A stretch of 64,000 nt of DNA from Macrostomum lignano (taxonomy: Eukaryota), in contig NIVC01001546.1 of the NCBI GenBank assembly GCA_002269645.1, forward strand, positions 186,001 through 250,000, given 5' to 3'. Every line of letters starts with the position of its first letter. Within the stretch, counting starts at the first letter, position 1. The notes below the pieces were generated by a model. It saw only the letters and a list, made by a program, of their open reading frames with translations, ran no database searches and was not told the DNA's origin. The position numbers and the translations under genes are program-made. Shown one piece after another: positions 56,229 to 64,000 of this stretch.

Positions 56229-57690
56229 GCTTCAGGGCTCTTACTGATTGTGACTTCAGGGCTCTTACTGTTGGTCACTTCAGGGTTCTTACAGGCTGTC
56301 CTTCAGGGTTCTTACAGGCTGTCTTTCAGGTTCTTACTGGTTGTCACTTCAGGGTTCTTACTGGCTGTCCTTCAGGGTTCTTACTGGCTGTCTTTCAGGT
56401 TCTTACTGGTTGTCACTTCAGGGTTCTTACTGGTTGTCACTTCAGGGTTCTTACTGGTTGTCACTTCAGGGTTCTTACTGATTGTCACTTCAGGGTTCTT
56501 ACTGGTTGTCACCTCAGGGTTCTTACAGGCTGTCCTTCAGGGTTCTTACTGGCTGTCTTTCAGGTTCTTACTGGTTGTCACTTCAGGGTTCTTACTGTTC
56601 GTCACTTCAGGGTTCTTACAGGCTGTCCTTCAGGATTCTTACTGGTTGTCACTTCAGGGTTCTTACTGGCTGTTCTTCAGGGTTCGTACTGTTGGTCACT
56701 TCAGGGTTCTTACAGTCTGTCCTTCAGGGTTCTTACAGGCTGTCCTTCAGGGTTCTTACAGGCTGTCCTTCAGGGTTCTTACTGGTTGTCACTTCGGGCT
56801 TCTTACTGGCTGTCCTTCAGGGTTCTTACTGGCTGTCACTTAGGGGTTCTTACTGGTTGTCACTTTGGGGTTCTTATTGGTTGTCACTTTGGGGTTCTTA
56901 CAGGCTGTCACTTCAGGGTTCTTACAGGCTGTCCTTCAGGGTTCTTACTGGCTGTCACTTCAGGGTTCTTACTGTTGGTCACTTCAGGGTTCTTACAGTC
57001 TGTCCTTCAGGGTTCTTACAGGCTGTACTTCAGGGTTCTTACAGGCTGTCCTTCAGGGTTCTTACAGGCTGTCACTTCAGGGTTCTTACAGACTACTTCA
57101 GGGTTCTGACAGGCTGAACTTCGGGGTTCTTACAGGCTATACTTCAGGGTTCTTACTAGCTGTCACTTTAGGGTTCTTACAGGCTGTACTTCAGGGTTCT
57201 GACAGGCTGTACTTCAGGGTTCTTACTGGCTGTCACTTCAGGGTTCTTACAGGCTGTACTTCAGGGTTCTGACAGGCTGTACTTCAGGGTTCTTACTGGC
57301 TGTCACTTCAGGGTTCTTACAGGCTGTCCTTCAGGGTTCTTACAGGCTGTCCTTCAGGGTTCTTACAGGCTGTCCTTCAGGGTTCTTACAGGCTGTACTT
57401 CAGGGTTCTTACAGGCTGTCCTTCAGGGTTCTTACAGGCTGTCCTTCAGGGTTCTTACTGTTGGTCTCTTTAGGGTTCTTACAGTCTGTCCTTCAGGGTT
57501 CTTGCAGGCTGTCCTTCAGGGTTCTTGCAGGCTGTCCTTCAGGGTTCTTACTGGCTGTCACTTCAGGGTTCTTGCAGGCTGTCCTTCAGGGTTCTTACAG
57601 CCTGTCCTTCAGGGTTCTTCCAGGTTGTCCTTCAGGGTTCTTACAGGCTGTCCTTCAGGGTTCTTACTGGCTGCCACTTCAGGTTCTTTA
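56229..57690. repeat. 23/24-bp minisatellite (CTTCAGGGTTCTTACAGGCTGTC / CTTCAGGGTTCTTACTGGTTGTCA) in cyclin L intron 3
   Basis: About 60 units visible. Confidence 0.96.
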
Positions 57691-57797
57691 CGGGTTGCAA
57701 CCTTTGAATTTAGGCTAAACTAATCTCAGGTATATGGAACATTAAATTCTAAACCTCGCAGAGGAGAAAAGCAAACAAAAAACAAAGACTAACTTAC

Positions 57798-57862
57798 CAG
57801 GCAGATTGTCTCAATTGCTGGTTGTCATCCAGCTGTAGCCAGTTCAGCCAAACTGGGATCAG
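57798..57862 (-). CDS. CCNL1: Cyclin L, exon 3 (65 nt)
   Basis: Acceptor aaaaatttcag|CTG; LIPVWLNWLQLDDNQQLRQSA-TG; donor gtaagt. Aligns with the cyclin L segment IIVMYLQVL...NQxLVQTAW. Confidence 0.92.
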
Positions 57863-58174
57863 CTGAAATTTTTGACGAAACGAGTCGCCATAAAAAGGCA
57901 ACAGAGGGCAAGCAGGTTAGCGTTTTGCGATACAGACACCGATCATTTATCATGGAAATTGTAATCAGTCACTTAATATCAAAAGCTGTGTAGTGTAGGA
58001 TTAAGGCTATTAAAATATTTTAACGGAACTTCACTTTTGTTCCGATTTTATATAGCATTTTACCATTTCATATAATAACTTGGTTGATTTATCCGCGACC
58101 GAGGCGCTCTTTGAAGACTTGAAAATTGATTTGCGCAACTTGATAATTAAATCAAATTCTTAGTGAAGCTCGTA

Positions 58175-58888
58175 GGTTAACTGGCTTAGTGGAGTTTCAG
58201 GTAACTGGCTAAGTGGAGTTTTAGGTTAACTGGCTTAGTGGAGTTTTAGGTAACTGGCTTAGTGGAGTTTTAGGTAGCTGGCTAAGTGGAGTTTTAGGTA
58301 ACTGGCTTAGTGGAGTTTTAGGTAACTGGCTAAGTGGAGTTTTAGGTAACTGGCTTAGTGGAGTTTTAGGTAACTGGCTTAGTGGAGTTTCAGGTAACTG
58401 GCTTAGTGGAGTTTTAGGTAACTGGCTAAGTGGAGTTTTAGGTAACTGGCTAAGTGGAGTTTTAGGTAACTGGCTTAGTGGAGTTTTAGGTAACTGGCTA
58501 AGTGGAGTTTTAGGTTAACTGGCTTAGTGGAGTTTTAGGTAACTGGCTAAGTGGAGTTTTAGGTGACTGGCTTAGTGGAGTTTGAGGTAACTGGCTAAGT
58601 GGAGTTTTAGGTAACTGGCTAAGTGGAGTTTTAGGTGACTGGCTTAGTGGAGTTTTAGGTAACTGGCTAAGTGGAGTTTTAGGTAACTGGCTAAGTGGAG
58701 TTTTAGGTAACTGGCTAAGTGGAGTTTTAGGTTAACTGGCTTAGTGGAGTTTGACGTAACTGGCTTAGTGGAGTTTGAGGTGACTGGCTTAGTGGAGTTT
58801 TAGGTAAACTGGCTTAGTGGAGTTTTAGGTAACTGGCTTAGTGGAGTTTTAGGTAAACTGGCTTAGTGGAGTTTTAGGTAACTGGCTC
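58175..58888. repeat. 24-bp minisatellite (GTAACTGGCTTAGTGGAGTTTTAG) in cyclin L intron 2
   Basis: Directly visible. Confidence 0.96.
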
Positions 58889-59170
58889 AGTCCATATAGT
58901 ACAATTTGATAAATAGGATCAGGTGGGATTTAGAACTGATTGGGGGAGATACCAAAAACCCTTTTGCCAGAAAAGACATGCGGTAAACAAGGCAATGATT
59001 ACAGACAGTAGGAGGAATTGTATTGTATCAAGCTGGTTTTCTGAGAATAATTCTATTTCAGCCCTAGAGACTAACAGATTTGACGCAATGTCGTTTAATA
59101 TTATGATTTGCCTGGGTATAAATTAGTTAACATGTGTTCTAACCGCGAATCAAAGAAGAAACGTGCTTAC

Positions 59171-59291
59171 CTTGTGAGGATGCTGTACATGTACAGAGAA
59201 GCCCAATTCTTTTAATAAACGGCGCTCCGCCTTGATGACTTGATTTTTTAGATTTACATAGTTGTTGTCTAACGGTAGCGGAGTGAACGGC
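59171..59291 (-). CDS. CCNL1: Cyclin L, exon 2 (121 nt)
   Basis: Acceptor gcatttcag|G; [40 protein letters not shown]; donor gtaagc. Matches the cyclin L signature [26 protein letters not shown]. Confidence 0.96.
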
Positions 59292-59329
59292 CTGAAATGC
59301 GATAGGAGAATCATGTGAGAATTTTAGGA

Positions 59330-60075
59330 ATTCTATCGGGTCTGCTAATAGGGAATTGTAATTGTTGAGGGTCTGCTAATAGGGAATTCTTTGGGGTCTT
59401 CTAATAGGGAATTCTATCGGGTCTGCTAATAGGGAATTCTATAGGGTCTGCTAATAGGGAATTGTAATTGTTGAGGGTCTGCTAATAGGGAATTGTTGAG
59501 GGTCTGCGAAAAGGGAATTCTTTGGGGTCTTCTAATAAGGAATTCTATCGGGTCTGCTAATAGGGAATTCTATAGGGTCTGCTAACAGGGAATTCTATAG
59601 GGTCTGCTAATAGGGAATTCTATAGGGTCTGCTAATAGGGAATTCTATAGGGTCTGCTAACAGGGAATTCTATAGGGTCTGCTAACAGGGAATTCTATAG
59701 GGTCTGCTAATAGGGAATTCTTTAGGGTCTGCTAATAGGTAATTGTTGAGTGTCTGCTAATCGTAAATTCTATCGGGTCTGCTAACAGGGAATTCTATCG
59801 GGTCTGCTAATAGGGAATTCTATAGGGTCTGCTAACAGGGAATTCTATAGGGTCTGCTAACAGGGAATTCTATAGGGTCTGCTAACAGGGAATTCTATAG
59901 GGTCTGCTAACAGGGAATTCTATAGGGTCTGCTAATAGGGAATTCTTTAGGGTCTGCTAATAGGTAATTGTTGAGTGTCTGCTAATCGTAAATTCTATCG
60001 GGTCTGCTAACAGGGAATTCTATCGGGTCTGCTAATAGGGAATTCTATAGGGTCGGCTAATAGGGAAGTCTATAG
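59330..60075. repeat. 25-bp minisatellite (GGGTCTGCTAATAGGGAATTCTATA) in cyclin L intron 1
   Basis: Directly visible. Confidence 0.95.
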
Positions 60076-60211
60076 CGACTGCTTTTATGACCTTCCTTGT
60101 AAGGAATTCCAGTGTCCATTATCAAGGAATTCAAGGTGTCTGTCTTTAGAAGATTTTAAAAGGTTCTGGTTGAAATCGACCTGATGATATAACTCAAGAA
60201 GTTCAACCTAC

Positions 60212-60780
60212 CGTTTCTCCCTAAACTGTCGGATATGATGAAACACATTAATAACGTCGCGAGCTCGTCTGGGCGCTTCTTCAATTTTAGCGGCTAGAAA
60301 TATACTAGCCATAGCAGTGTGCTCATAGTGATGCCTAACTAACGAGCGAGAATAATAGAATCGTTGATAGAGCACCTGGCCAGTGGCGCAGGCCACGTGC
60401 GGCAGTTTCAACAATATACTAGCAGATTGGATCAGCTCGCAGCCCATGTATCGCAAATTCCATTCGTCTGAATAGGACAGGCCATCTAGCCTAGATGGAC
60501 TATTAGCTGGGTCCAATCGTTCAGGCGGTAGCAGGACATTCTTCAGGGTCAGACAGACAAGTTCGGGAGGCTGCTGCTGCTGTTGCTGGGTTGGTTGCTG
60601 TTGTTGCTGCTGCGAGCGCAGAGGAGAGTTAGTTGCACTGGCGCTCCCAGCCGCACTGGGCACAGCGGACAGCAGTGGCACGGGAGGCCTCGAACCAGTC
60701 ACTGATTGGCTGGTAGACGAAGAGTTTGAAATGGCCGCCGCAGACGCTGAGAATGTTGGTACGCCAGCAATGGCTGACAT
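60212..60780 (-). CDS. CCNL1: Cyclin L, exon 1 (ATG at 60780; alternative ATG at 60798)
   Basis: Low-complexity polyQ N-terminus, then SPSRLDGL...[38 protein letters not shown]...[18 protein letters not shown]. Donor CG|gtaggt at 60211. The spliced product is ~530 aa. The ORF-track start at 60810 is a TTG. Confidence 0.96.
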
Positions 60781-61731
60781 GGCTTGTATAACTGGCATCA
60801 ATGGAAACAAAGTAGCCTTTTGTTATGAAATAGAAAGTCAACAGTCATTGTTTTATTTGTGGACAATAAATGAAGAATCGACCCCAATTGAAGCTTATTT
60901 ATGTTATTTCTTGAACTTGATACAGACTTTGGAAAAATAACTTTTGAATTTTTGACTTTTAGACTTATATATAGACACCTAATCAACAAAATCAGACTTC
61001 TAATCTGATAAACAACAAAAATAAGCAGCACAATTTAAATTATTTTCAAGTTTTGATAAATAATTATAAACAAATAATCTTAGCTCTAATATTATTTCAT
61101 ATTTTTGGGGGCAAAATAGATTGATCTTACGCAATAATACAAATTTTAATAAGGTCATCTGACCTGCCAATATACATTCAAAATGCTAATATACATTAAA
61201 AAATATTTATTGCAAAAAAGCTTATAAATACACATGGCACACTAATGAAATACTAGATTTTTTAAATAAATAATGCTTATTAAATTTTAATATTCAAAAT
61301 TTTTTTGGCCTTTTGTATTTTTTATAAACAGAAAAACAAGTTCAGGCAATAAAGTTATTATAAAAAGCACAGTTAATATCTATTATACTAAATAATTACT
61401 TTTAAATCTAACTTTAAGTTGAGTACTTGATCAAACTGAGGGGTTAGGCCAATCTTTTTAGTCAAGCTTTGTTGAATAGTTAAATAAAATTAAAATTTGG
61501 TAGTTAGTGAATTTCAAACCTCAACCTTGCTCAGTCTATTTGTCATATTTTTGCATTAAAATTTATATTTTTCATGTTGTTTATATTTCTAGGAATTGTG
61601 GATTCCAAAGCAATACTTTTAGAATGAAATATTGCTTTTTAATTACATTTTGTTTAACTTGTTGCATTGCATGTCTTAGCTTCTGTCTCTCTTATTGGGT
61701 GGATAAGAGTCCTCTCTGTATCCATGCTTAG

Positions 61732-61930
61732 GTGCAACCTAGGGATTCACCTAACCATTTCTATTGGCAACACACACATGTAAGTCACTATTAAAGAGAA
61801 TAGCAATTAATTCTTCTATTAGCCAATAGCAACTATTAATCAAATGCTCTTTTAGCCAAAGGCTTTTAGCCAATAATGATTTACATGTGTGTTGCCAATG
61901 GAAACAGCTAGGTGGTTGCCAAGGTTGCAC
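61732..61930. mobile_element. Decayed MITE-like element (~200 bp, ~60-bp imperfect TIRs)
   Basis: The left arm GTGCAACCTAGGGATTCACCTAACCATTTCTATTGGCAACACACACATGTAAGTCA matches the reverse complement of the right arm (GTGCAACCTTGGCAACCACCTAGCTGTTTCCATTGGCAACACACATGTAAATCA). No clear TSD. Confidence 0.6.
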
Positions 61931-64000
61931 ATGTATATTTGTGTCTCTCTTGGCTGAAGTAAGTTATTGATTTATTTAAATGAACATATTTTAGGAACTC
62001 AGAAAAACTTCAAACTTAAAAAACATATCAATTTGGCATAGTTGCAGATTGCAATGATCTTGGAAATGTATTCAATAAATGCAATATTTATGTACATATA
62101 TAAAATTTAACTACTCAACAATACTTGACAATTTTTGGCAAAACTAGGCAAGTTAAGTATCATATCTTTGAAAATGATCAAGTTATTCCAAGAGCACTGC
62201 AATACTTGCTTACACTTGATTGATTACACTTGATCTCAGTTAAATCCCAATTATCTTAAAAGCATAGATCTTAAGTCTTAAAAAATCTTAAAAAATGTGA
62301 TATTGTCCAACCCTTATCTATAGTCAATATATAAATAATGTATTTACTTAAGATACAGGCATTAAGACCCAATTAAAATGACTATATTGTATTTATACAA
62401 AAAGAAATAAAATAATAGAAATCGAAAAACTGGCAAGAAACTTACAGCTAGAAAGATAATATATCCTATGCCTAAAAATACTAAAACATGTTTGTTTATA
62501 CTACACACCAAAACCCAAAGCAGTTTTATAGAATTACAGTTACTTAGGTAACAATCAGTTTGGCCATACTCCAGATCATTTAGTATATACCCAAAAATCT
62601 AGGCATGCATTAGCCTTAGATGCCAAAAGTATATGTGCATAATTGGCATGTATCACTCCTAAGAAAATAGTATGCATGCACACTTGGTATGCACCTTATA
62701 GAATCACAGTTAGAGTATTAAATAGAAAAACATGAGAGAAATTCATTTTAAAGCATAAATTTCAAGCTTTCTAGGTTTTTTAAGCTTAGAATAAGGCATT
62801 TAAACATATTTTTGTGTGTTTTAATTTTTTGTTATAAATAATATCTATAGGCAAAAAAGCAAAAAATAAATCAAGTTATTAGCCAAAAAGGGTCTATTAT
62901 GCAACCTAAAAAGGTCATTTATTGTGGTAACATAAAAAGATCATTTATTTTGGCAATATTGGCATAGATTTGAGTATGAATATGCACTTTAAATTTTTTG
63001 GCATGCATTTGTAATTATTCTATTTTTGTTTAAGTATGCACCTAGCATGATCTAGACTATGGCAGCTTGGTAACAGTCAATTTAGTGCTAAATATATACA
63101 TGTGTATATATAAAGCATTGACTTTACTATCTATTATCTCATAATTATTCATATTTTTTTGTTTTTAAAGGAGATTAAAGAATTTATAGATATTAAAGCA
63201 CAAAACTTTTATTGCATCAATTGGATAAATTGGATACAAATTACAATTCTATATATCAAGTGAATGGCACATGCACTAAAGCTTTGCACCAATAAAAGAC
63301 CTTTTTTGTGTGTTACACATTTTTTAACAATAAAAATTTAACAAATGTGTGCTTTTCATTTAAAGTAAATTGGCTTACAGATAATGCCAACAAAAATCAA
63401 TTTTTTGTTTAAGTTTTTTTAGAAAATTAACTCGATTAGTTTGCGTGGAATTATAAATTTTTATAAATCACAAATAGTTATGAACTTTCATTTTATGAGT
63501 TTTATTGTTTTAATTGTTTTATTGTTTTAAGATTCTGAGGTTATGGCATTATGCCAACAATTGTTAATATTAACTTTGGCATAAAGGTTGGAGTTGGCAT
63601 ATGCTGCTTGGCATATTTACGCCATGGTGTCACACCAAAAAGTACGGTTAGTATGCCAAATATATTTTGCCTCATTTTTTACGCCAATTGAATGCCAAAA
63701 AAGTAAAATTTTCAATTGTATGCCAGAAATTTCCGGCGTAATATACATTATCTTGACTATGGCTCAAGTGTGACGGTCTTGGTGTGTGGCAATCTTAGTC
63801 CTATACCCTTGTGAGTTATATATGCCATATGGTCCAAAGGGGTGGTATCTAATAATTGCTAAATAAGGAAAGAGGAATAACAAAAAGCATTTTTTACCAA
63901 AAATATTTTTTTAAGTATAATTCTTATAAGTATATTTTACCACTTCAACTGAAAATGGCTAGACATCCAACTAGGCCAACAATTGATCCATGACCATAAC

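Overview
Eukaryotic, intron-rich and repeat-dense genomic DNA. The innexin sequence style, the tandem-repeat load and the apparent trans-splice acceptors suggest a free-living flatworm such as Macrostomum; this is inference only. I could reconstruct four protein genes, all on the minus strand, by joining exons at GT-AG sites with consistent phases: (1) an innexin (exon 9823-9991, 9.5-kb intron, exon <1-309, running off the window); (2) a 3-exon, ~550-aa disordered orphan protein rich in RRxS motifs (44211-49024); (3) an intronless LSm6 (51109-51351); (4) a 4-exon cyclin L (52877-60780/60798). The rest is about 25 micro- and minisatellite arrays, a ~7.8-kb tandem duplication (25841-33670 and 33671-39563) carrying an internally deleted Tc1/mariner-like element, and a small MITE-like inverted repeat. 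Nearly all long ORFs in the supplied track are artefacts of stop-free repeats. The most interesting signal is cyclin L intron 3. It lies where I recall vertebrate CCNL1/2 short isoforms diverge. It holds a strong cryptic acceptor whose use creates a TGA exactly at the junction. It also holds two unrelated minisatellites whose units read as 5' splice-site motifs on the sense strand, which suggests a possible repeat-built U1-decoy/poison-exon switch. Cyclin L also looks like the upstream member of a trans-spliced operon with LSm6. All regulatory interpretations are hypotheses from sequence alone.
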